A DNA stretch of 64,000 nt from Candidatus Eiseniibacteriota bacterium (lineage in GTDB: Bacteria; Eisenbacteria; RBG-16-71-46; SZUA-252), in NCBI GenBank assembly GCA_003235575.1, contig QJVW01000115.1, forward strand, positions 12,290 to 76,289, written 5' to 3'. The notes below the pieces were generated by a model, which did not search any database, was not told the DNA's origin, and saw nothing but the letters and a program-made list of their open reading frames with translations. Shown one piece after another: positions 27,212 through 36,292 of this stretch (its first letter is position 1; every line of letters starts with the position of its first letter). The translations under genes and the position numbers were made by a program.

Positions 27212-29623
27212 ATGGGCGTCATGGACGAAGGAATCCTTCGGGAGTTCCTTGCCGAGAGCCTGGAAGGGCTGGGGCAAGTGGAGCGCGATTTGGTTGCGCT
27301 CGAACGCGATCCCGGCGACGTCGCCAAGATCGGCGGCGTCTTTCGCGTGTTCCACACGATCAAGGGAACGTGCGGATTCTTCGGCTTCACGAAACTCGCC
27401 GCGGTAACGCACGCCGGCGAGAGCCTCCTGAGCCGGCTTCGTGGCGGCGAGCGGGCGCTCTCGCCGGAGATCGTGAACGCCCTCCTCGCTTTGGTCGACA
27501 CGGTCCGAGCCATTCTCGGCAGGATCGAATCGTCGAAGGAAGAAGGAGAGGGCAATTTCGCCCGCCTCATCCAAAGGCTCAACCGCCTGGAGGAGGAAGG
27601 CGCCACCGAAGCACCACCGGCCGCTACGGAACCGCCGCCCGCGCCGACGGCTGCGGGCGCCGCGACGGAGCCGCCCGCTCCCGAAGCGGACACGGCGGTC
27701 ATCCCGCGTGACGGCGGGCTCTTCGGACCCCTCATCGCGAGCGGAAGACTCGACCCCGAAGCGGTCGCGATCGCCGCGCAGCAGCAGCGGCTGGGCGACC
27801 CCCGGCGTCTGGGCGAGATCTTGGTGGACCATGGCGCGCTGCAACCCCAGGACATCCTGGACGCGCTCCTCGTGCGGAGCGAAATGGCGGCCAGCACCCT
27901 CGCGGAGTCGAGCATCCGGGTCGACGTTCACCTCCTGGATCTCCTGATGAACCTTGTGGGCGAACTGGTTCTCGCCCGCAACCAGCTGCTTCAAAACGTC
28001 GCCTCGCAGGATCACGCGGATCTACCCGGAACGGTGCAGCGGTTGAATCACATCACGACCGAGCTGCAGGAGCGGATCATGAAGACCCGCATGCAGCCGA
28101 TCGGCAACGTATGCAACAAGCTCCCGCGCTTGGTGCGCGACATCGCGTCCGCCTGCGGGAAGCAGGTCCGGCTGGAGCTGGAGGGGGTCGATACCGAACT
28201 GGACCGCACGATCATCGAGGCGATTCGCGATCCGTTGACGCACCTCATCCGCAACGCCATCGACCACGGCATCGAGACGACGGAAGCGCGCGTCGCGAAC
28301 GGCAAATCGCCCGAAGGTCTGCTCGTGGTTCGCGCCTTCCACGAAGGCGGGAAGGTGCACCTCGAGGTCGAGGACGACGGCGCGGGGCTGTCCCTCGAGT
28401 CCATTCGCGAACGGGCGCTCCGCCAGAACCTCATTCCGGCGGACCGCGCGGCGCGCATGACGGAGCGCGACTGGTACAACGTGATCTTCCTGCCCGGGTT
28501 CACGACCGCCGCGCGCGTGACGAACGTCTCCGGGCGCGGCGTGGGCATGGACGTGGTGAAGACGAACGTCGAGCGGATCGGCGGCGCGATCGACGTCGAC
28601 TCGAGGCCCGGACACGGCACCACGATGCGGATTCGGATTCCCCTCACGCTCGCCATCGTGCCCGCGCTCGTTATCTCGGTGGACGGCGAGCGCTACGCCA
28701 TTCCGCAGGTGAACCTGATCGAGTTGGTCCGCGTGGAGCGCGCCGAGGCGTCCACGCGCCTTGTGACCGCGTACGACGTGCCGGTGCTTCGCTACCGCGA
28801 GCGGCTCCTTCCCCTGCTCGACCTCCGAGCCATTCTCGGCACCGCGCCGACGCCCGCGCGCGCGGATGGCCCGGAGGGTGACGCGATCTCGATCGTCGTG
28901 CTCCACGCCGACGGTCTCACGGTCGGCCTCGTCGTGGACACCATCGAAGCGTCGCAGGAGATCGTGGTGAAGCCACTGGGCGAGCCGCTTCGCCAAATTC
29001 CCGTGTTCGCGGGCGCGACCATCCTCGGCGACGGCGCGGTCGCGCTCATCCTCGACGTCCCCGGGCTGGCCCGCCACGCCAGGATCTCCCGCTCGGACGG
29101 CGAGATCGAGGAGAGCGCGCCGGCGGAGAACGTGGACCGCGGCGCCATGGATCGCCAGACCCTGGTGGTGTGCACGGTCGGCCCGCGCTGGACCGTCGCG
29201 ATCCCGCAGACGCAGATCGCGCGGCTGGAGGAATTCCGCCGGGCGGACGTGGAGCGGTCGGGCGATCGCGCCATCATCCAGTACCGGGGCGGTCTTCTCC
29301 CGCTCGTGTCCCTTGGCGCGCTGCTCGATCTGGGCGGAACGCACGCGGCGACCGACATCGAGTGGATCGGCGACGCCGACCCCCTCCGCGTGGTGGTTCA
29401 CGAGCGCGAGGGACGCGCCGTCGGTCTGATCGTGGAGGCCGTCGTGGAGATCGTCGAAGAGCGCGTGGCGCCGGGAGGCGGCGACGCATCCACCGGGTTC
29501 GCCGGCGCGGTGGTGGTGCGCGGATCGGTCACGGAATTGATCGACCTCGAAGGGTTGCTGCGGCAGGCGGACGTTCATCGCCACAGCGCGCTGGCGGCGT
29601 CGGCGGAAGGGGGCGCCCGATGA
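27212..29623 (+). CDS. cheA: Chemotaxis histidine kinase CheA with two C-terminal CheW-like (P5) domains
   Basis: P1/Hpt FRVFHTIKGTCGFFGF; P3 dimerisation VDVHLLDLLMNLVGELVLARNQL; P4 N-box HLIRNAIDHGIE, G1 VEDDGAGL, G2 GRGVGMDVV, then GTTMRIRIPLTLAI; CheW domain 1 (ISIVVLHADGLTVGLVVD...) and CheW domain 2 (QTLVVCTVGPRWTVAIP...LIVEAVVEIVE). Confidence 0.95.
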   Translation: MGVMDEGILREFLAESLEGLGQVERDLVALERDPGDVAKIGGVFRVFHTIKGTCGFFGFTKLAAVTHAGESLLSRLRGGERALSPEIVNALLALVDTVRAILGRIESSKEEGEGNFARLIQRLNRLEEEGATEAPPAATEPPPAPTAAGAATEPPAPEADTAVIPRDGGLFGPLIASGRLDPEAVAIAAQQQRLGDPRRLGEILVDHGALQPQDILDALLVRSEMAASTLAESSIRVDVHLLDLLMNLVGELVLARNQLLQNVASQDHADLPGTVQRLNHITTELQERIMKTRMQPIGNVCNKLPRLVRDIASACGKQVRLELEGVDTELDRTIIEAIRDPLTHLIRNAIDHGIETTEARVANGKSPEGLLVVRAFHEGGKVHLEVEDDGAGLSLESIRERALRQNLIPADRAARMTERDWYNVIFLPGFTTAARVTNVSGRGVGMDVVKTNVERIGGAIDVDSRPGHGTTMRIRIPLTLAIVPALVISVDGERYAIPQVNLIELVRVERAEASTRLVTAYDVPVLRYRERLLPLLDLRAILGTAPTPARADGPEGDAISIVVLHADGLTVGLVVDTIEASQEIVVKPLGEPLRQIPVFAGATILGDGAVALILDVPGLARHARISRSDGEIEESAPAENVDRGAMDRQTLVVCTVGPRWTVAIPQTQIARLEEFRRADVERSGDRAIIQYRGGLLPLVSLGALLDLGGTHAATDIEWIGDADPLRVVVHEREGRAVGLIVEAVVEIVEERVAPGGGDASTGFAGAVVVRGSVTELIDLEGLLRQADVHRHSALAASAEGGAR

Positions 29624-30057
29624 GCGAGGAACGCGTGCTGTGCACGTTCCGCGTCGCCGAGCATCTCCTCGGGCTCGACATTTCCGTCATCCAGGAGGTG
29701 TTGCGCCAGCAGGAGATCACGAGGCTTCCGCTCGCGGCGCCCGCGGTGCGCGGCGTCATCAATCTGCGCGGGCGGATCGTGCCCGCCCTCGATCTCCGAC
29801 GCTGCCTCGATCTCCCCGTCGCCGAGGGGGGGCGTCACGACGCGAACATCGTGGCGCGCGAACGGGAGGATGCGCCCGTGAGCCTGCTCGTGGACGAAAT
29901 CGGGGACGTCGTCACGGTGCCCCTGGAGTTGTGCGAAGGAGCTCCGGAAACCATGCGCGCCGCGGCGCGCGAGTTGATCCGCGGGGTGTTTCCCGTTCAC
30001 GACCGGCTGCTTCTCGAACTGGACCTGGGAAAGGTCCTGCGGGTGGCCTACGCCTAG
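29620..30057 (+). CDS. cheW: Chemotaxis coupling protein CheW (the ATG overlaps the cheA stop: ATGA)
   Basis: 145 aa [60 protein letters not shown]. The track ORF 29170 reads through from inside cheA. Confidence 0.9.
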   Translation: MSEERVLCTFRVAEHLLGLDISVIQEVLRQQEITRLPLAAPAVRGVINLRGRIVPALDLRRCLDLPVAEGGRHDANIVAREREDAPVSLLVDEIGDVVTVPLELCEGAPETMRAAARELIRGVFPVHDRLLLELDLGKVLRVAYA

Positions 30058-30106
30058 ACACCGGGAGGCCCGGCACGGCCGGCCGTCACGGAAGGAGCGA
30101 ACTGTC

Positions 30107-31858
30107 ATGGTTCTCACGATTCGTCGCCAACTGGTCGGGAGCGCGCTCTTGGCGCTTCTGGGGTTCGTCATCTTCGGCGTCGTGGCCTGGTTCACGCTGA
30201 ACGAACTCAAGGTCAACGGCCCGCGTTACCACCGCATCGTCCAGGGCAAGGACCTGGTGGCCGACACCGTGCCGCAATCGGCCACCTTGATCGAGTCCTA
30301 CCTGGGCGTCCACCAGATGCTCGGCGAGACCGACCGGCGACGGCTGGACGACCTGATCCGCGAAAGCCAGCAGCTCCGCGTGCAATTCGAGGAGCGTCAC
30401 CAGCACTGGGAGCAAACGCTTCCCCCGGGCCCCCTGCGCCAGGCGCTCCACGAGCGCGCCTATCCCCCCGCGGCGGAGTTCCTGCGGGTGCGCGACGACG
30501 CGTTCATTCCCGCGGTGCGCGGAGGCGACGAGGAAACGGCGCGGCAGATCGCGGAAGGCGTTCTCAAACCGCTGTACGAGCAGCACATGAAGGCCGTCAT
30601 GGAAGTCGTGCAGCTGGCGACCACGCAGACGGAGCACGAGGAGGCCGAGGCGCTGGCGATCGCCCAGCAGCGGTCCACCCTGGTCCCGCTGGTCGGCCTG
30701 CTCCTGGCGGCGATCACGCTCGCCATCGGGCTGATCCTCTCTCGTCGGATCGTGCGCGCCATCGAGCAGATGCGCCGGGTCGCGGAGCGGACCGCCCGCG
30801 GGGACCTCACGTCCCGCGTCCAGTACACGGCGAAGGACGAGCTCGGAGACCTGGCCGCGTCGACGAACGAAATGGTCGAGTCGCTGCGCGAGGTGCTGTC
30901 GCACATCGGCGAGCGCTCGGTGACGCTGGCCACCGCCTCGGAGGAACTCTCCACCGTCTCCACGCAAATGATCGGAAGCGCCGAGGAAACGTCGCGCCAG
31001 GCGAGCACGGCCTCGGCCGGATCGGAGCAGGTGAGCCGCAGCGTGGAGAGCGTCTCGGCGTCCGTGGAGGAGATGATCGCGAGCATTCAGGAGATCTCCA
31101 AGAACACCAGCGAGGCGGCGCGCGTCGCCACGGTGGCTTCGGGAGAGGCGGACGTCACGAACGCCGCCGTGAACAAGCTCGGCACCAGCAGCGCGGAGAT
31201 CGGCAAGGTGGTGCAGGTCATCAACACCATCGCCCAGCAGACCAACCTCCTGGCGCTGAATGCGACGATCGAGGCCGCCCGCGCGGGCGAGGCCGGAAAG
31301 GGATTCGCGGTGGTCGCCAACGAGGTGAAGGAACTCGCCAACGAGACCGCGACCGCGACGAAGGACATCGGCCGGAAGATCGAGGCCATTCAGGCGGACA
31401 CGACGGACGCGATTCAGGCCATCGGGAAGATCAGCGAGACGATTCAGCAGATCACGGATATCTCCAACTCCATCGCGACCGCGCTGGAACAACAGCTTTC
31501 CACGTCGGGTGAGATCGGCCGGAACCTCGCCGAGGCGGCCCGCGGGAGCGCCGAGATCAGCGGCGGCATCGTGGCGGTCGCCGAGATCGCCCGGGATACC
31601 GCCGGCAGCAGCGAAAGCACGCAGAAGGCGGCGGAGGAACTGGCGCGGTTGGCAGCGGAGCTCCGCGGACTCACGCAGCGGTTTCACTACGCCGAACAGG
31701 GCGTCGACGCGCCGGTCCCCGAGGGGCCGTTCGCGGCGACCACGCCGGGCACGGTGGTGGCCTGGGATGCCGGCCGGGCGGCGGCGCAGCGACCTACGAA
31801 CGAGCGGGACGAGAGACGTCGCGCCGAGGACCGGGACACGCTGGCGGATGCCGGTTGA
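30107..31858 (+). CDS. Methyl-accepting chemotaxis protein (2 TM, roughly 150 aa periplasmic four-helix-bundle-like sensor, HAMP, MCP signalling domain)
   Basis: TM1 [19 protein letters not shown]; TM2 [17 protein letters not shown]; HAMP; highly conserved tip [33 protein letters not shown]. Confidence 0.93.
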   Translation: MVLTIRRQLVGSALLALLGFVIFGVVAWFTLNELKVNGPRYHRIVQGKDLVADTVPQSATLIESYLGVHQMLGETDRRRLDDLIRESQQLRVQFEERHQHWEQTLPPGPLRQALHERAYPPAAEFLRVRDDAFIPAVRGGDEETARQIAEGVLKPLYEQHMKAVMEVVQLATTQTEHEEAEALAIAQQRSTLVPLVGLLLAAITLAIGLILSRRIVRAIEQMRRVAERTARGDLTSRVQYTAKDELGDLAASTNEMVESLREVLSHIGERSVTLATASEELSTVSTQMIGSAEETSRQASTASAGSEQVSRSVESVSASVEEMIASIQEISKNTSEAARVATVASGEADVTNAAVNKLGTSSAEIGKVVQVINTIAQQTNLLALNATIEAARAGEAGKGFAVVANEVKELANETATATKDIGRKIEAIQADTTDAIQAIGKISETIQQITDISNSIATALEQQLSTSGEIGRNLAEAARGSAEISGGIVAVAEIARDTAGSSESTQKAAEELARLAAELRGLTQRFHYAEQGVDAPVPEGPFAATTPGTVVAWDAGRAAAQRPTNERDERRRAEDRDTLADAG

Positions 31859-31918
31859 TCTGACGTCCCGACGAAGCGCGCCGGCGCCGGCCGCCGGAGC
31901 ACGCGGAAGAGGAGGAGC

Positions 31919-32305
31919 ATGATGAAGGCCATGGTGGTAGACGACTCGAGCGCGATGCGCGCGATTCTCACGAAGCAGCTCCGGGAACTGGGCTTCGACG
32001 TCGTGCAGGCGTCGAACGGACAGGAGGCGCTTCGCCTGCTTCACGAAGATGGCGTCGTGGATCTCGTCCTCCTCGATTGGAACATGCCGGGGATGGACGG
32101 GGCCGAAGTGCTGTCGCTGTTTCGCTCCGAGCCCGCCTACCGCGAGATGCGGGTGATGATGGTGACGACGGAGAGCGAGATGTCGCAGGTGACGGTGGCG
32201 TTGGAGGCGGGGGCGAACGAATACCTCATGAAGCCGTTCGACCGCGAGTCCCTCGTCGAGAAGCTCATCCTGCTCGGGATGGATCCGAGCGGCCACACCG
32301 TTTAG
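31919..32305 (+). CDS. cheY: Chemotaxis response regulator CheY
   Basis: 128 aa MMKAMVVDDSSAMRAILTKQL...DLVLLDWNMPGMDG...VMMVTTESE...EYLMKPF; single REC domain. Confidence 0.9.
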   Translation: MMKAMVVDDSSAMRAILTKQLRELGFDVVQASNGQEALRLLHEDGVVDLVLLDWNMPGMDGAEVLSLFRSEPAYREMRVMMVTTESEMSQVTVALEAGANEYLMKPFDRESLVEKLILLGMDPSGHTV

Positions 32306-32315
32306 CGAGGGGCGC

Positions 32316-33395
32316 ATGGGCCGGATTCGAATTTTGGTCGTGGACGACGTCGCGATCGTTCGGCGTTTGGTCGTGAACGCGTTGGCGGTGGACGCGGACA
32401 TTCAGGTCGTCGGGACCGCGGCGAACGGCCGCGAGGCGCTGGCGAAGATTCCCCAGGTCCGCCCCGACTTGATCATTCTGGACTACGAGATGCCGGAGAT
32501 GGACGGCCTCGAGACGCTGAAGGAAGTGCGGCGACTGCACCCCGGCATTCGCGTCATCTTCTTCTCCTCGTACACGCGCCAGGGGGCGAAGGTCTCGCTG
32601 GAGGCGCTCTGGCAGGGAGCCGATGACTACGCCGCGAAGGTCACCGCCGACAATCTCGCGGCGGCGACGCTTTGCGTTCAAAACGACCTGTTGCCGAAGA
32701 TCCGAGCCCTCTGCGCACGCATCACGCGCGACGCGCCGGGCCTTCCTGCGGCGCCCGCGCCGGTGGTGGAAGCCGGCGGCGCGCCCTCCCACGCTCCCGC
32801 CGAAATCGTGGCGATCGGCGCCTCCACGGGCGGACCGCGCGCGCTCTCGGCGGTGATCGAGTCGTTGCCGAACGATTTCGCCCTGCCCATTCTCGTCGTG
32901 CAGCACATGCCGCCGTTGTTCACGCGGTCGTTGGCCGAGCGGCTGGCTTCCCGTTCGACGTTTCGCTGCATCGAGGCGGTCGACGGGTGCGTGGTCGAAC
33001 GGGGCACGATCCTGATCGCACCGGGCGACTGGCACCTGGTGGCGGTCCGGGAGGGAGACGTGGTCCGCGCGCACCTGACGGCGGATCCCCCCGAGAATTC
33101 GTGCCGGCCGGCTGTCGATCCGCTCTTCCGCTCGGTGGCCGAGGCCTACGGCGCCGGGGCGATGGGCATCCTCCTGACCGGCATGGGTCAGGACGGGCTG
33201 GCGGGGGCGCGTCGCATCCGCGAGCGGGGCGGCTCCGTGCTGGCGCAGGACGAGGCGAGCAGCGTGGTCTGGGGGATGCCGGGCGCCGTCGCGCGCGCCG
33301 GGCTCGCGAACAAGATCGTGCCGCTTCCGGAAATGGCGAGCGAGATTCTCAAACTCTCGAAGGCGGCGGGGCGCAATCGCGCCGCGGTTTCGTGA
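32316..33395 (+). CDS. cheB: Chemotaxis protein-glutamate methylesterase CheB (REC plus methylesterase)
   Basis: REC: RILVVDDVAIVRRL...DLIILDYEMPEMDG. CheB catalytic domain: IVAIGASTGGPRAL...VVQHMPPLFTRSLAERL...GMGQDGLAG. Confidence 0.95.
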   Translation: MGRIRILVVDDVAIVRRLVVNALAVDADIQVVGTAANGREALAKIPQVRPDLIILDYEMPEMDGLETLKEVRRLHPGIRVIFFSSYTRQGAKVSLEALWQGADDYAAKVTADNLAAATLCVQNDLLPKIRALCARITRDAPGLPAAPAPVVEAGGAPSHAPAEIVAIGASTGGPRALSAVIESLPNDFALPILVVQHMPPLFTRSLAERLASRSTFRCIEAVDGCVVERGTILIAPGDWHLVAVREGDVVRAHLTADPPENSCRPAVDPLFRSVAEAYGAGAMGILLTGMGQDGLAGARRIRERGGSVLAQDEASSVVWGMPGAVARAGLANKIVPLPEMASEILKLSKAAGRNRAAVS

Positions 33396-34279
33396 CCGAC
33401 CAAAGCACGGGACCCCGCGCCGGCGCCGTCGTGCCGCGACCAGACGCGCCCGGAGTCGATCCGGCCGGCTATGCCTACCTGCAGCGGCTGATGCTGGAGG
33501 AGACCGGGACCATTCTCGAGCCGGGCAAGGAGTACCTCGTCGAAGCGCGGCTCCATGCGTTGGCGCAGCGGGAGGGCTGTGCCTCGGCATCGGCCCTTCT
33601 CGAAGCGCTCCAGACGGAGGAGATTCCGGGACGCCTCCATCGATGGGTGATCGAGGCGATGCTGAACGGTGAGACCTCGTTCTTCCGGGATCACTATCCG
33701 TTCGAGGCCTTGCGAACATCCATCCTTCCGGAATTGATGGGACGACGCGCCGCGGTCAAGACGCTCCACGTCTGGAGCGCGGCGACGGCCAGCGGCCAGG
33801 AGGCGTACAGCCTGGCGATGTTGATCCTCGAGTCCGCGCCCGCCTTCCAGGATTGGCGGATCCGGATCCTCGCCACCGACGTCTCGGAATCGATGCTCGA
33901 ACGCGCCCGGGCGGGCGTGTACCGGCAAATCGAAGTGAATCGGGGGCTTCCCGCCCCCTGCCTCGTGAAGTATTTCGAGCGGTCCGGCCAGGACTGGAAG
34001 GTGAAGGAGCACGTGCGCTCGATGGTCGAATTCGACCACGTCAACCTGGCGCGACCCTGGCCGGCGCTTCCCCAGCTGGACGTGATTTTTCTTCGGAACG
34101 TGCTCCTGTACTTCAGTTCACAAGCCCGCAGGACGATCTTAGAGGGTGTCACGCGACATCTCCGCCCCGACGGGTACCTGTTCCTGGGGGGCGGAGAAAC
34201 GGTTCTCGCTCTCGACCGTACGTACGAATCCATCCGGGTCGGCAAGGCGGTCTGCTTTCGCCGCAAGGCGGCGGTTTGA
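33392..34279 (+). CDS. cheR: Chemotaxis protein methyltransferase CheR (the GTG start overlaps the cheB stop)
   Basis: TSFFRDHYPFEAL...LHVWSAATASGQEAYSLAML...IRILATDVSESMLERARAGVY...DVIFLRNVLLYFS; SAM-dependent methyltransferase CheR motifs. Confidence 0.92.
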   Translation: MTDQSTGPRAGAVVPRPDAPGVDPAGYAYLQRLMLEETGTILEPGKEYLVEARLHALAQREGCASASALLEALQTEEIPGRLHRWVIEAMLNGETSFFRDHYPFEALRTSILPELMGRRAAVKTLHVWSAATASGQEAYSLAMLILESAPAFQDWRIRILATDVSESMLERARAGVYRQIEVNRGLPAPCLVKYFERSGQDWKVKEHVRSMVEFDHVNLARPWPALPQLDVIFLRNVLLYFSSQARRTILEGVTRHLRPDGYLFLGGGETVLALDRTYESIRVGKAVCFRRKAAV

Positions 34280-34310
34280 GCCGGAATCGCAGGACCGACG
34301 AGGGAAACCC

Positions 34311-34793
34311 ATGAGCACGGCGACCATCGATCTTCAGGAATGGCTGACCTGCCTCACCGATGTGGCGAACGATTTGGCCACGAACCATCTCCGGTTCGAG
34401 AGCAGCACGGAACAGGCCGACGCCACGATCGGGGCCGGCGTTCATCCGGCCGTCTACGTCGCCATTCTCGGCTCGCGAAACAGCATGCACCTGGGTCTCT
34501 CCGCCACCACGGCGGGATGTCATGCGCTGGCGCGCGCCTTTCTCGGCCTGCGCGGACGCGAGGATCTCACGGAGCGGGAAGTCATCGACGGGATGAGCGA
34601 GATCCTGAACATCCTGGCGGGCAAGGTGAAGTCCCGCATGTCGACGCGCGATGGATCCCTGAAGCTGGGGCTTCCGATGTTCGTGGCCGGCACCGTCGGG
34701 CACGGCGAGGGCGTCGAGAGGGCGGATCACGAGGTGTTCCTGGGACCGGTCCCGTGCCGGCTCCACGTCTTCCGGCAGAGCCGATCGGTGTAA
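34311..34793 (+). CDS. cheX: CheX/CheC-family chemotaxis phosphatase (CheY-P phosphatase)
   Basis: 160 aa; MSEILNILAGKVKSRM is the characteristic CheX motif and AVYVAILGS...MHLGLS fits the fold. The real ATG is internal to track ORF 34146. Confidence 0.7.
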   Translation: MSTATIDLQEWLTCLTDVANDLATNHLRFESSTEQADATIGAGVHPAVYVAILGSRNSMHLGLSATTAGCHALARAFLGLRGREDLTEREVIDGMSEILNILAGKVKSRMSTRDGSLKLGLPMFVAGTVGHGEGVERADHEVFLGPVPCRLHVFRQSRSV

Positions 34794-34807
34794 GGGGGCC
34801 TACGGTC

Positions 34808-36202
34808 ATGAATCGTCGATCACCAATGTTCACGCGACGCGCGATCCTCTTGATCCCCTTCCTCGCGGCGTTGGTGTTCGCGGTCCCCGCAGCCGACCGG
34901 GCGGACGCAAGCCGGGGGCGGAGCAACCTGGTCCTCGCGGGCGGCGTTCCCGGGGAAACCTTCGGATGCTCCGTGGCCTCCGCGGGCGACGTCAACGGCG
35001 ACGGGTATGTGGACGTCATCGTAGGCGCCTACCAGAGCGGAACCGCCGGGAGCCCAACCGGTCGCGCCTACATCTATTACGGCGGTCCCGGCGCCGACGA
35101 GCGGGCGGACGTGATCCTGACGGGAGAAGCCGCCGGGGACGCGTTCGGCGTCAGCGTGGCCGGCGCGGGCGACGTGAACCGGGACGGCTATGCCGACGTC
35201 ATCGTCGGCGCCTATGAGAACGACGGTCGCGGCGCGAACGCCGGCCGCGCGTACATCTATTTCGGCGGACCGAAGATGGATGCCAGCGCCGACGTCGTCC
35301 TGAACGGCGAAGCGGCGGGCGACGCATTCGGGTATTCCGTGGCGGGCGCGGGCGACGTGAACCGTGACGGCTATGCCGACGTTCTGGTGGGAGCGTACGA
35401 GAACAGCGCCGCCGGCCCCGGCGCCGGGCGCGCGTATCTGTACCACGGCGGGCCGAAGCCCGACGCGGTGGCCGACGTGATCCTCACCGGTGAAGCCGCG
35501 GGAGACCGTTTCGGCATCTCGGTGGCGGGCGCGGGCGACGTGAACGGCGATGGATTCGCCGATGTCGTCGTCGGCGCCTACCAGAACGACGCCGGGGGCC
35601 GGGATGCCGGGCGCGCCTACGTGTACTACGGCGCCCCGCGCCTGGGCATGCGACCGAACGCCGTCTTGACGGGATCCGCGGAGGGCGACGCCTTCGGCTT
35701 CGCCGTCGCGGGCGCCGGAGACGTCAACAAGGATGGGTTCGCGGACGTGATCGTCGGCGCCTACCACAACGACGCCGGCGGAAAGGACGCCGGAAGGGCG
35801 TTCGTCTACTTCGGGGGCGCGAACTTCTCGACGAAGGCTGACGCCGTTCTGACCGGCGAGGGCGCGGGCGATGCCTTCGGATACGCCGTCGGCGCCGCCG
35901 GCGACGTGAACGCCGACGGCTACGCCGACCTCTTGGTCGGCGCGTATGGAAACGACGCGGGCGGGTCCGCCGCGGGCCGGGCCTACGTGTTCTACGGGGG
36001 CACGACGCCCCACCTGACCTCCGACTTCAGCCTCACCGGTGGATCGACCCTCGACAACCTCGGCTTCGCGGTCGCGGGATCCGCCGACCTGAACGGCGAC
36101 GGCTACGCGGATATCGTCGTCGGGGCGCCCTACAGCGACTCGGGGCGCGCGCACGTCATCACGACGGTGGGCGCGAACTCCCGCCCCGTCGCCTCGCGCT
36201 AG
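34808..36202 (+). CDS. Secreted FG-GAP repeat (integrin-alpha-like beta-propeller) protein with seven or more repeats
   Basis: Signal peptide MNRRSPMFTRRAILLIPFLAALVFAVPAADRADA. Roughly 60-aa repeats of F/YG.SVA.AGDVNGDGYADVIVGAY...GRAYVYYGG, the FG-GAP/Ca-binding D-x-N-x-D-G signature. It is the last gene of the che operon. Confidence 0.9.
   Translation: MNRRSPMFTRRAILLIPFLAALVFAVPAADRADASRGRSNLVLAGGVPGETFGCSVASAGDVNGDGYVDVIVGAYQSGTAGSPTGRAYIYYGGPGADERADVILTGEAAGDAFGVSVAGAGDVNRDGYADVIVGAYENDGRGANAGRAYIYFGGPKMDASADVVLNGEAAGDAFGYSVAGAGDVNRDGYADVLVGAYENSAAGPGAGRAYLYHGGPKPDAVADVILTGEAAGDRFGISVAGAGDVNGDGFADVVVGAYQNDAGGRDAGRAYVYYGAPRLGMRPNAVLTGSAEGDAFGFAVAGAGDVNKDGFADVIVGAYHNDAGGKDAGRAFVYFGGANFSTKADAVLTGEGAGDAFGYAVGAAGDVNADGYADLLVGAYGNDAGGSAAGRAYVFYGGTTPHLTSDFSLTGGSTLDNLGFAVAGSADLNGDGYADIVVGAPYSDSGRAHVITTVGANSRPVASR
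34930..36190 (+). repeat. Roughly 180-bp periodic coding tandem repeats (FG-GAP units) within the preceding CDS
   Basis: The repeated nucleotide blocks ggcgcgggcgacgtgaac(c/g)g(c/t)gacggctatgccgacgt recur about every 180 bp. Confidence 0.7.
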
Positions 36203-36263
36203 CAGCGATCTCCCGCTCCACCACGCACGACGAATCGCTTCGTAGGTGCCGATTCCGGATGAT

Positions 36264-36282
36264 GCGCGGATTCGTTCCGCGC
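36264..36282. terminator. GC-rich 7-bp hairpin (GCGCGGA ttcgt TCCGCGC) in the 90-bp gap between the convergent FG-GAP gene and the REC-GAF-HD-GYP gene
   Basis: Perfect stem seen in the sequence with no U-tract. It may act as a bidirectional terminator. Confidence 0.25.
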
Positions 36283-36292
36283 GGGGCCGGGC

